Source: Octopus sinensis | Taxonomy: Eukaryota | DNA length: 64,000 nucleotides | NCBI RefSeq assembly: GCF_006345805.1 | Contig: NC_043014.1 | Span: 14,694,001 to 14,758,000, forward strand | Direction: 5' to 3' | Shown: positions 12,310 through 24,177 of the stretch, piece by piece | Numbering within the stretch: the first letter of the stretch is position 1 | How the letters are laid out: the number at the start of each line of letters is the position of its first letter | Program-made: the position numbers and the translations under genes | The notes under the pieces: generated by a model | What the model was told of the DNA's origin: nothing | Database searches by the model: none | The model's input: only the letters and a program-made list of their open reading frames with translations

Positions 12310-12950
12310 ATGTCACCAATACTACCACCACTACCACCACCACCACAACCCACAGTTATGACAACTACATCTAGTACCACTACCACCACCACCACCCCAC
12401 CCACAACTATGGCAACTACATCTAGCACCACTACTACCACCACTGTCACCACCACCACCTCCACTCACAACTATGACAACTATATCTAGTACCACCACCA
12501 CCACCACCACCACCACCACACACAACTGTGACAGCTACATCTGGCACCACTACCACCACAACTGCCACCACCACCACCATGACCACAACCCACAACTATG
12601 ACAACTACATCTAGCACCACTACCACCACCACTGTCACCACCACCACCCCACCCACAACTATGGCAACTACATCTAGCACCACTACTACCACCACTGTCA
12701 CCACCACCACCTCCACTCACAACTATGACAACTATATCTAGTACCACCACCACCACCACCACCACCACCACACACAACTGTGACAGCTACATCTGGCACC
12801 ACTACCACCACAACTGCCACCACCACCACCATGACCACAACCCACAACTATGACAACTACATCTAGCACCACTACCACCACCACCACCACCACCACCACC
12901 CACAACTATGGCAACTACATCTAGCACCACAATCACTACTGCCACCATCA
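12310..12950. repeat. (ACC)n-based compound minisatellite with ~240-bp higher-order duplication
   Basis: Monomer CACAACTATGACAACTACATCTAGCACCACTACC(ACC)n occurs about 11 times; block ~12359-12600 is repeated at ~12601-12850. Confidence 0.85.
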
Positions 12951-15900
12951 TCAGAAGTCTACAGAGCAACAAGAGAGCCTGAGCTATGAAAGAAACTTGA
13001 ATGCATTCAAACAGCGTGCTTGATATAGTAGCCAAATCTTCCTCAAATAATGCTCTACTGTTTTATAAGAAAAGGACACATTGGATAATGTATTTCTAGA
13101 GAACCTCTGAAAGACAGAAGAGTCTCAGCAGGAATGCCTTTGATCGTACATAAGTCTTCCCAGTCATCAGGGCTGGCCTGGGGCTAAACAGCATCACTAT
13201 GACTATCACCACCACCACTATTAGTACTACTACACTTCATCATGAAACAAGATAAGATAAACAAACAAAAAACAACAAAATACAGGTTACCACAGAGAAA
13301 AGATAAATGGTTAGTCTTCAGTAAATAATCAACTTTCGTGTTTCTCACTAATTTTGTTATTTAAATACATTTCGGTGTTAGGAAGGGCATCCAGCTATAG
13401 AAACTCTGCCAGATCAGATTGGAGTCTGGTGCAGCCATCTGGTTCGCCAGACCTCAGTCAAATCGTCCAACCCATGCTAGCATGAAAAGCGGACATTAAA
13501 CGATGATGATGATGATGATTTCCTCTCAAATCCCCTCAAAAGGCTCTGTTTATCCCTTTAGCATTCAGTTTACCCAGGCAAAAATCTAATATTTATTTAC
13601 TCATGTTGTTTTGAATGGATCATGCATTATCTCATAGCTTTGAGATTTTGATGACGTGACTGTTTATTTTTAGAATGGCATTGCATGGTAGGTGTGAAAG
13701 ACCAGAACGGGTCAATTTGGACATGGCTAGTTTAACCCTTTAGTATTTGAACAGGCCACATCTGACCGAAATATTCTACCTGCTTTATGTGCAAACTGGC
13801 CAGATCTGGCCTCTCACACATACCCTGCAATGTCATTCAAAAATAAACAATTACATCTTCAAAATCTTAAAGCTATGAAATAATATAGCTATGAATAAAT
13901 AACTATTACATTTTACAAAGTAAGTTGAATGCTAAAGGTTTCAGGTATACAATATTCCCCTTGTGTTTGGCTCCTTAGAATGCTCAGACCACCCTGACAG
14001 AGTTTATAATTTGTGATTTCTGTCTGTCAAATAACAGCAGCTGATCTTTAGAATACTAATTATTAATTCATGTGTTAATAAATCAGTGAAGTCACTTTAC
14101 TGTACTTAATTGCTCTGCTGCTCAATGTAGTTGAAGAAGCCAAACTTGCTGAGACAGCAAGACTTCAACTACATATGACATGAAAGAGCAGAAGTGTTCA
14201 GAGATTCTAAATCTTAGAATGTTTAGCTGGTGATGATCATGACTGGAATGCAACAAGGTTTTGTTGATCTGTACCCTTCATAACAGAGTCAAGCAAAGCT
14301 GGCCGAGGTTACTTGAGAAGATGAAGAAGAGGATGATGAAGGAGATGAAGAAGAGGACGAAGAAGTAGAAGACAGAGAAGAAGAAGAAGAAAAAGAAGAA
14401 AAAGAAGAAAAAGAAGAAGAAGAAGAAGAAGAAGAACAACAACAACAACACCACCACCACCACCAACAACAACAACAACCCTTTTCACTACCTACAGGTA
14501 TGAGGCCTGAAATTTTTTGAAGAGGGTGGCTAGTCATAAATATTGACCCCAGTGCTCAACTGGTACTTAATTCATTGACCCCCAAGAGGATGAAATGCAA
14601 AGTCAACTTCAGCAGGATTTGAACACAGAATGTAAAGACAGATGAAATGCTGTTAAGCACATTGTCCAGAGTAGTAACGATTCAGTCGGCTTACTGCCTT
14701 AACGACAACAACAACCACCACCATAATAATGGTTTCAAATTTTGCCACAAGGGCAGCAATTTTTGTGGGGGAGGAGACTAGTCGATCACACTGACCCCAG
14801 TGCTCAACTGGTACTTATTCTATCAACCCCAAAAGGATGAAAGACTAAGCTAACCTTGGCAGAAACTGAATTCAGAACGTAGCAAAAGGGAAAATATCGT
14901 TGAGCATTTCATCTGGCATGCTAACAATTCTTATTTCTTTATTGCCTACCGGGGGCTAAATATAGAGGGTACAAACAAGGACAATAAGAGAAAGGAATGA
15001 AAACTTAGATTTAGAGTTAAATCAGGTTACCCATTTAAATAAAGAGTTGGATTGTTGATAATTAAAGACAGGTAAATAATTAAAAATGTAGAACATTAGT
15101 GGGAACAGTCTCAAAATTCACATGATATTTCTAATTTCTAATTTAAATTATTTCTAATTTATAATTCACTAACTTACAGCTTATATATAGAAAGTTAATA
15201 GATTTGAATACAACAATAAGCCCATCAATCATTAAGATGCCAAAGTATAAAGAATTTTACGCTTAAACTTGATCAAATTGAACTAAATTTGAAAAAAAAA
15301 TTTTTATTGTTTTATTAAGGCAAGTTGATTTTCATAAGTTCAGATTCTATCCTATTTACTTCTTAAAAAACTTAAACATAGCTAAATACATATATATATA
15401 TGTATTTGATTTATATTATATTTTGTTCATATAGAGCACTAATTAGGTAGCCTCCCCTCTCCACGCCACCGATGTTATCCAAGGGAAAGGCAAAGGCCAA
15501 TACAGCTTGGCACCAGTGACGTCACAGCTCATTTATTAACGTGCAAGTGGCTGAGCATTCCACAGACACATGTACCCTTAACGTAGTTCTCAGGGAGATT
15601 CAGCATGACACAGAGTGTGACAAGGCTGGCCCTTTGAAATACAGGTACAACAGAAACAGGAAGAAAGAGTGAGAGAAAGTTGTGGTGAAAGAGTACAGCA
15701 GGGTTCACTACAACCCCCAGCTGGAGCCTCGTGGAGCATGAGGTGTTTTCGCTCAATAAACACTCACAATGCCCGGTCTGGGAATCAAAACTGTGATCCT
15801 ATGACCGCGAGTCCTAACCACTGGGCCATTGTGCCTCCACTTATGGTTTTACGCTTTGTATACTTCCTTATGTTTTTTTCTGTTTTGTTGCTTTTTTTCT

Positions 15901-16794
15901 GTATTGTTACCTTTAACCATGTTTTTTCTTGTGCTTGTGCATATATAGACGTATGTATGAACTTTTACGGTGTGCGTGTGTGTGTATGAGTTTGTATATA
16001 TATGTGTATATATTTGGCGAAAAATGCAAGTGAAGATGGATACGTTTTCATAGTGACGTATATGTACGCACGTGGGTGCGCGAGCGCACATGTGTGCGTA
16101 TGAGTAGGCATGATTATGTGTTTACTATGAACTTTTAACCTTATTTTAATTAGCGGTCATTGGATTAGTGCTTTTATATAAGTAGCGGAATTATAACATA
16201 GTAATTTCCCTTTGTATAACAGTCTTTTTTCATAGCGTTTTTCAGATGGCCAGATAACCGAAGAGATGGTGTTGTGGATTTCCACCTCGGCATCTGAAAC
16301 TCAGAGTTTTATCTTGGCTATTGAATAATTGTCACATATTATTTTACAGATATATATATATATTTAGGGAATGGAGCAGTTAAAATCTGGGCTACATATG
16401 TTTCTGCTCACTAGGAAACATATGTAACCTTTTTTCAGCTAATCAAACTTCAATATGGGAAAAATTTACAATCTTCTATGTCAATAAATCACTATTGTTC
16501 CTGAAAGTTGTTTTTTATACCTTCTATAGACTGTTCAAAACTTAGTAACTTCCTACACCTGGATCCATGGATCTTACATTTACTAATCATTATATAAAAG
16601 AACACAAATGGGATTTGAAATTTATGACAGCAGTTTTGGTAGAATTTTATTGATGTAGTCATAGATTACATCATAGTATATAAACCACCATCTTCAGGCA
16701 TACTACGTGCTGATGTGCTAGATTCTAATGAATCCTATAACTAACTAATCCGTCTGTCTATCTATCTATCTATTTCTATCTATCTACCTACCTA

Positions 16795-16835
<41 letters not shown>

Positions 16836-16945
16836 ATTATACATTAGATAATGTGGTTAAATTAATGTCTGAAGCAAAAACAAAAACAGGATGATCACAG
16901 CTGAAATTGAAACTGACCTCTAGCTCAACAACAACATCAACTTAC

Positions 16946-17101
16946 CCAAAGGATATCCACTCTTCTTTTGTTAAGTCTTCCAGTTCATTCTTGTAGTCAT
17001 TGTAGACAATAACTATGCCTTCAAAGCCGGCCAGTTTATCTCTTAGTTCAGTAATCTGGTTTGAATCGGGTGGTGGAAGATGAAACTTATCACAGGCTTG
17101 C
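16946..17101 (-). CDS. DYNC2H1: Dynein-2 heavy chain exon 9: QACDKFHLPPPDSNQITELRDKLAGFEGIVIVYNDYKNELEDLTKEEWISF(G)
   Basis: Manual translation is collinear with recalled DDCHHFRLEEPNF...EMANEDWITFR. Acceptor gttttatag, donor gtaagt, 156 nt; phases fit both neighbours. Confidence 0.9.
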
Positions 17102-18105
17102 CTATAAAACAAAACAGATTCACCACATCAGTAAACAATGTCAAATACTGTTCGGGGCTGTATGACAAGGGCCACATAAGAGTAACTCACTTCAGTTAGA
17201 AAGGAACAAGCAAAGTCTTAGTTGTAGTTTACATTAAGGTGTTCCTAAGGCTACATGGTTAACAAATTTGCTCTGTAACTATGTCATTTCAGGTTCAATC
17301 CCACTGAACAATACTTGAGGTAAAAGTGTCTTCTGCCATATCTTTGAGTTGAGCGAAATTTGCAAGATGGAAACTGCTTTAGCCCTCACATGTCTCTGAC
17401 AGCCTCTTCCCTTCCTCTAACCAGCAAGTCTTAGTGGTGGTCCTGAGAAGTGCTATAAATGCTCTCCTTCCTCCTCTTACTAAGTTACTAACTTCTCTCC
17501 TCTAGATGAATCACCATCAATACATTGCTAGAACTTACTTTATCAAAGTTGAAATTTGGTAGAAACAAACTTTGTGGAAGATCATCAATGGAACTGCTTC
17601 TGTCTTTGAATGGTAGAATTAATCTGGTGAATGAATGATTTTTAGTGGAGTCAAATCTTTCATAAGCAATTTGACTAAATCTCTATTTGCAAATAGGCTT
17701 CTTCCTTTATCCCACTAGCCTTGGAGGTCCTAGAAAGGATCATAAGCACTGACTGCCCTCCTCCAATTATGCAGTTAAAATATGACGAGCTTCTTTTAGT
17801 TTCCGTCTGCCAAATCCACTCACAAGGCTTTGGTCAGCCAAAGGATATAGTAGAAGACACTTGCTCAAGGTGCTACACAGTGGGACTGAACCCAGAACCA
17901 TGTGGTAAGGAAGCTACTTACCACACGGCTTTCATTATGCATAAATTTATTCCATATATTTTTCCTCGTTCAGAGATTTATTTTTCCTTGTTCAGAGATT
18001 TATTATTGCTTGTTTACAATTTTTCAAGATCAGTGACGAAAAGTCATTGGAAAAAGGATATATGTATTTGCATTGGGACCCTTCCATCAAAAACCGGTGA
18101 TTGTC

Positions 18106-18150
18106 ATGCACTGATGATGGATCAATACCCAGAAACTGCAGTCCGTGCAT
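18106..18150 (+). ncRNA. Hammerhead-like motif with damaged stem I
   Basis: ATGCA-CTGATGA-TGG-ATCAATAC-CCA-GAAA-CTGCAG-TC-CG-TGCAT. Stem III is the palindrome ACTGCAGT; 2 nt are unpaired next to the cleavage site. Confidence 0.6.
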
Positions 18151-18353
18151 ATCACTTAGGTTGACGAGGGAAGGATGACCTCCCTTTGCAAATGCCGATA
18201 GGGCACAGAAAGTGTGTCAATAGCCGGCTGGAGAAGATGTACTCCTGGGGCTACAAGCTACAGTAACATCCATCCTTAGTGGTTAGCCATATTTAGATGG
18301 CAAATATACTTCACATTGTCATGCAGTTACTGTCTATACCTCGTTCAGAGATT

Positions 18354-18392
<39 letters not shown>

Positions 18393-19211
18393 GCTTTGGT
18401 CAGCCTGAGGCTATAGTAGAAGAAACCTACCCAAGGTGTCATGCAGTGGGACTGAACCCCGAAACTTTGTGGTTGGGAAGCAAGCTTCCTACCATAATAT
18501 GTTTAAAATATATTTAAAGCCAAAACAATACAAATTAAATAATTTAAAAGTACAGGTTGATGGCTCATACTATTTCTTGGTATTTCAGTAATTCAGGTGA
18601 TCCCTTCTTCAGGAAAATTACACAGAAAAAGGTGCTGATGCCTAAGTTTTCTGCTCTGTATTGTAGATGTATGAATAGTTGTTTTGTGTTGCTATTGTAG
18701 CCTATTGCCTGCAAGCAGTTCTGATCTGCTTTTTTCATTCATGGGCTGAACATGTTAATTAAAATAGCTTTTTTTATTCTCAACTTCCCAATGTTTCTTT
18801 CTGTAATTTCAACAGAAAATTGGATGTCTCAGGTGTGACATTTCTACAGGTCTTGTTTCATGGAAGAATCACTAGGATAGAGGTGTTCATTGACTACAGA
18901 GCAGAGTAATTAACTATGAACACCTTTCTGCCACAGATTTCATGAAGAAGGGGTACTAAGCCTGAAATATTAAAATACCAGGTAATAGTACCAAAAATGA
19001 ACCTGTATTTTTGATTTTTTTTAACTTGCATTGTTTTGGCTTTAAAAAAAATATTTTAAATATCTATAAATAGGTGCAGGCACGACTGTGTTGTAAGAAA
19101 TTTGTTTCTCAACCACATGATTCCGGGTAGGGGTTTTCTACTATAGTCTCAGGCCGACCAAACCCTTGTCAATGGATTTGATAGATGGAAACTGAAAGAA
19201 GCCTGTTGTAT

Positions 19212-19261
<50 letters not shown>

Positions 19262-19265
<4 letters not shown>

Positions 19266-19490
19266 GTAAATATATGTGACAATTATTCAGTAGCCATGAT
19301 AAAACTCCGAGTTTTGGATGTCGGGGTGGAAACCCAAGCCACCATCTCTTCAGTTATCGGGCCATAAAAAAAACGCTATTGTTTTGATGGCTCGATAACT
19401 GAAGAGATGCCAGCATGGGTTTCTGCCCCGACATCCAAAACTCAGAGTTTTATCATGTCAACCGAATAATTATCACATATATTTACAGAT
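19262..19490. repeat. Inverted pair of Penelope-like repeat segments, each with a decayed hammerhead
   Basis: 19262-19364 versus 19390-19490 are reverse complements. Each arm reads GATAA-CTGAAGA-GATG...CATCC-AAAAC-TC(G/A)GA-GTT-TTATC. Confidence 0.8.
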
Positions 19491-19568
19491 AAATTCCTCT
19501 ATTTACATAATATCGAGGTTTCTTTCATTCTTTTGTAGTCTTACCATTTGTATTAATATATATATATA

Positions 19569-20074
19569 CTAGCAGTATCGCCCGGCGCTGCTCGGGTTTG
19601 TAAGGGAAATAACTATATAAGCATTTTTAGAGAGTTACTTCCCTTATAAATTCAGGCTTTCTTAGCCATTTTTGTTTTGGTATCTTCAAGCCATGAAGTC
19701 GTTGTTCTAAAAGAACGCTGGTTTCCTTCACAACGCATTACGACATTGATTTCTTTACACTCCCTTCCCCACAGCTTCACGAGGGAGGGAAGGGGGAGAA
19801 GCAAACAGGTGCAGCTGTGAGCGTGGACGCCAACTCCGCCGCCATCGACACACGATGCATTTTATGCATTAAAATGGAATAAAAAATGATGTTAAATTAT
19901 TTTTAAAATCGTAGACTCATCGTTGACGCGCGCTAATAGTCAGACGGGCTCGATATTAATCATGACTATAAGATACCCGAATTTGGTTAAACTGCACCGC
20001 AAAATGTGGGAGGAGTTAGGAATCTAAATCGAAGGGGACAGACACTCACACAACTAGAGTTTTATATATATAGA
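19569..20074 (-). mobile_element. Complete non-autonomous Helitron (506 bp)
   Basis: Minus strand begins TC (TCTATATATATAAAAC) after an A and ends CCCG-AGCAGCGC-CGGG hairpin + 8 nt + CTAG before a T. No TSD. Confidence 0.85.
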
Positions 20075-20077
20075 TAT

Positions 20078-20120
<43 letters not shown>

Positions 20121-20784
20121 CTATGTGTGTGTGCTTCTGTGTCTGTGTTTGTCCCCCACCTCCACTTGACAACCAGTGTTAGTATGTTTACCCCACCCCC
20201 CACTACCTTAGCAGTTCAACAAAGAGACAGATAGAATAAGTACTAGGCTTCAAAACATAACTCCTAGGATCGAGTTGTTCAACTAAAAACCCTTCAAGGT
20301 GGTGCCCCAGCATGACCGCAGTCAAGTGACTGAAACAAGTAAAAGATAAAAGATGTAAAGATATATATGAGACAATGCTTCATGAAAACTTTACTACTAC
20401 TACTATGCGCATGCACACACACACACACACATCAGCTCATCATTTCATGTCTGTCTCCCAAGCCAGCATTGGGTTGGATGGTTTCCCAGGAGCTGCTAAG
20501 CCAGAGGATGGTGCCAAGCTCCGCTGTTGGCATGATTTTTATGGACGGATGCCTTTCCTTAATGCTAATGGCTTTACAGAGCGGAAAAGGTGGTTTTTAC
20601 ACCCCCATCTACCCACACACACATATATATATGAAGGCCTTTTATCTGCATGAATCAGTCTCAGTACTGCTTTCGAAAGCCTGGTACTTATTCTATCAGT
20701 TGCTTTTGCCACACCACTAAGTTACAGTGGTGTAAACAAACCAAACTGGTTGACAAGCAGTGATGGGGGACATGCATACATACA

Positions 20785-20818
<34 letters not shown>

Positions 20819-21151
20819 ATATATATATATATATATATTATATATTATATGTATATATATATATAAAATATCAAAGGATAATCAGAAATATTAAAAAATT
20901 CCATTACCACTGGTCTAGCGTGTAAAAATTTAGTCAATAGACATGCTAGGCCACCGGTAATAGAAATTTCTAATATTTCTGATTACATTTTGATATTATT
21001 AATTATTAATAATTTCTTTTTCTGGATAATTTTCAAATTGAAAAGCCAGCATTATCATCTTCTGCCGACAAGGAGCTGTGCTTGCGTGGTAGACTTGAAA
21101 AATTAGAATGTATAAGCATGGGGGATATACTGAATTGCCTTGTGTATATAT

Positions 21152-21253
21152 ATTTAATCTAAGGCGTACCTGCTGAAGAAGACTTCGCCTAGCAAATTAT
21201 TTTATTTGCTAAAAAGTGTCTGAAACCATTGGTCCAGGAGTTAGATGGTAAAT
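21152..21253 (+). ncRNA. Type I hammerhead ribozyme, apparently intact
   Basis: Stem I CCTG/CAGG, extended by ATCTAA/TTAGAT and ATTTA/TAAAT across an internal loop. Core CTGAAGA at 21173-79; stem II AGAC/GTCT with inner TAGCAAAT/ATTTGCTA hairpin; GAAA at 21222-25; stem III ACC-ATT-GGT; GUC site after 21234. Confidence 0.8.
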
Positions 21254-21440
21254 GTTTTTATTTTTCAATTCCTTCAAAATTTTATCCCTTAATAATGGTT
21301 TGGAATTATATATATATATATATATTCAAAAAGCAATAAAGATTCAAGTTAATTTAAATGAATTTACTTGAATAAGGTACCTAACTTAGATGCACCAAAA
21401 AGAACTATACTGTTTTAACAATACAGTAATGTGGTGTGAT

Positions 21441-21782
21441 TATAAGCGAGAAAGAAGCAACAAGAAGGATAGGTTTTTAGTACAATCGTTCATACAAGGA
21501 CAGGCTTTATTAAAAGTTGTAAAAATTACAGCATATAAACGTGTCCCGTACTCATCAGCAAAATAACATGTGAGTTCTCTAGACCTCCTAGTGGTTGAGG
21601 CTATACTCATGAAGTAATAGCCTCAACCACTAGGATGTCTAGAGAACTCACATGTATTTTAGCTGATGAGTACGGGACACGTTTATATGCTGTAATTTTA
21701 CAACTTTTAATAAAGCCTGTCCTTGTATGAAACGATGTGTACTAAAAACCTATCCATTCTTGTTGCTTCTTTCTCGCGTATA
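21441..21782. repeat. Near-perfect long palindrome (arms ~164 bp, 12-nt loop)
   Basis: 21441-21604 is the reverse complement of 21617-21782 apart from a few indels. Confidence 0.92.
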
Positions 21783-21786
21783 TATA

Positions 21787-22027
21787 ATATATAAAAAAGG
21801 AAATGAAGAAAATGCTGACAAATAATTGAAGTAATTTAAGTAATTTAATTAGGTGAAAGTTCTTTTTACCGGTTGCGCATTTGTTATGCTTATCAAAATA
21901 TGATAAGCATAACATATTTTGATAAGCATAACAAATGCGCAACCGGTTAAAAGAACTTTCACCTAATTAAATTACTTAAATTACTTCAATTATTGTCAGC
22001 ATTTTCTTCATTTCCTTTTTTATATAT
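21787..22027. repeat. Second near-perfect palindrome (arms ~115 bp, 10-nt loop), directly adjacent to the first
   Basis: 21787-21902 is the reverse complement of 21913-22027. Confidence 0.92.
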
Positions 22028-22797
22028 CACCACTCGTGTTCGACATCTCCTTTTTTCTAAATAAATATATATTATATATATATATATATATACACACATA
22101 TATATATATTCAACAGGGTTCTTTCAGTTCTCATTTACCAAATCCACTCACAAGGATTTGGTTGGCCCAGGGCCATGGAAGAAGACACCTGCCCTAGGTG
22201 CCATGCAGTGGGACTGAACCTGGGACTGTAAGGTCAGGAATCAAACTTCTTATCACACAGCCACTCCTGTGTACATGTGTGTACGCAATTATTAACTACA
22301 CTCTTTAATGATACGCATAATCTTGCTACAATGTCCACGAGAAATAAACTTAAAACAAATATGCTTATGTAAAGTTTCAAAAGTGGAGATAAATTGGTTT
22401 GCTGTGAAGAAGAAGAAGAAGAAGAAGAGGAAATAACTAATAGATATATACACACACATTTACACACAATGCTTTCTTTTGACTCACATATACAAACAAG
22501 TGTAAATTATACATACATTAAATATACATATGTACTAAACACAGTATAACTTTTCTTTTGAGGAAAATTGCAATGCTCTAAACTATTTGCAAATCTCCCA
22601 CCTCTCTCTACCTGTGTGTGTGTGTGTGTTGCACGCACTTGCATGTGTGTGTGTATGTTGTATATATATATATATGCTTACATATATTTTCACTTCTCTT
22701 TCACTCTCTATCCTATCTAATTATTTATCAATCTAAAAACACACACACAAACACACACTTCTTTCTCTCTCTGTCTATCTATTTATCAATCTATATA

Positions 22798-22830
<33 letters not shown>

Positions 22831-23227
22831 CTGTCTGTCTGTCTCTCTCTCTCTGTCTCACTCGGTAATCATGTCTCAGAGACATTCTAACAGAAGGTAA
22901 GTTAGGAGAGCTGAGAAGCGAGTCTATTTAATGAAAAGTTAATTACAACAGACAAGATGTAAGGCCACACACACACACATGTTTAGAACTTATTCAAAGC
23001 CACCATTTCGTATTGCTGAAAACGTTAGCACATTTTTCTATACAACTCTGAGAAAATTGCTTCCTAATGAATCACAAATTGGATGTAACATTTAAGAGGC
23101 TTCTAAGTGGTCTGTTTCACTGATAGAAAGATTTTTTTTTTAATTCAATAAATCACTAAGAATATGTAGAGTAATGGATATAAGAAATGATATTTCTTTG
23201 ATAATAATGATGATAATAATAATAATG

Positions 23228-23257
<30 letters not shown>

Positions 23258-23260
<3 letters not shown>

Positions 23261-23700
23261 TACATGTTTTGTCTGGGTATAAAAGATGGGCTACAGCAAA
23301 TATTCTGCTCAATACTACAGATTTGCTTGTCAGATCCTGGTCACATTGTGAAATGTCCCCTTGGTGGTGGACAATATGTGCATCTCTGTGTTGAGAGGAA
23401 TTCTTTGGGGTTTGAATAATTTACCCTTGGAAACATGGATGTTTCATTTAACATCCTTAAACAAACCTTATTCAGGGTCCTTTTGAGCAGGATGGGCTAC
23501 TTGGTCTAAAGAAAATTCTGACTGGGCCCCACCTGCAAGATCATGCACTGTTTATCTTGATATGAGATCACCATGTCACACACATATGCTTGTGATGCAT
23601 GTGCTTCGTGTACCCTTATCAGATGGGTAGTCATGATGGGTGTTCCGAGGCTTGTATATTGGTACCCATGTGTCACTTTGATGGCATGCACTGCTCTATC
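23258..23700. repeat. Interspersed repeat; inverted family copy at ~54163-54560
   Basis: About 300 bp are reverse-complement similar (e.g. CTACAGCAAATATTCTGCTCAATAC / GTATTGAGCAGAATATTTGCTGTAG). Confidence 0.75.
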
Positions 23701-24141
23701 GCACAATAATAATAATAATAATAGTAATAAAGCATGATCAGTAAACAAGTGTCACCTTAATCTGCTGGCTGAAGCAATGTCACTACATGTGTGCTGTTGG
23801 CAATTTCTTCTTTACCATATTTGGTCTTACCTTCTTTGGTCTTTCTCATTTCCAAGGAAGACCGATGCTCAAAATGTCAAACTCTCTCCTTTCACCAAGT
23901 GTCAAGCTAATACATTCCTTGTGCACATCCTCACATTTGTTTTTTTTTATTTGAATTGACTATATATATATATATATCATCATCATCATCGTTTAACGTC
24001 CGCTTTCCATGCTAGCATGGGTTGGACGGTTCAACTGGGGTCTGGGAAGCCCGAAGGCTGCACCAGGCCAGTCAGATCTGCCAGTGCATCTACAGCTGGA
24101 TGCCCTTCCTAACGCCAACCACTCCGTGAGTGTAGTATATG

Positions 24142-24177
<36 letters not shown>

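Noticed and set aside
16608-16705. Minus-strand CTGAAGATGGT...ACCAAAACTGCTGTC; also 18560-18615 and 41480-41630
   Set aside because: GAAA and/or stem I and stem III are too damaged to call, although they are probably Penelope-type relics.
21661-21690. Hammerhead in the arms of the 21441-21782 palindrome (CTGATGAGTACGGGACACG)
   Set aside because: The GAAA half of the core is absent in both arms, so it is at most a relic.
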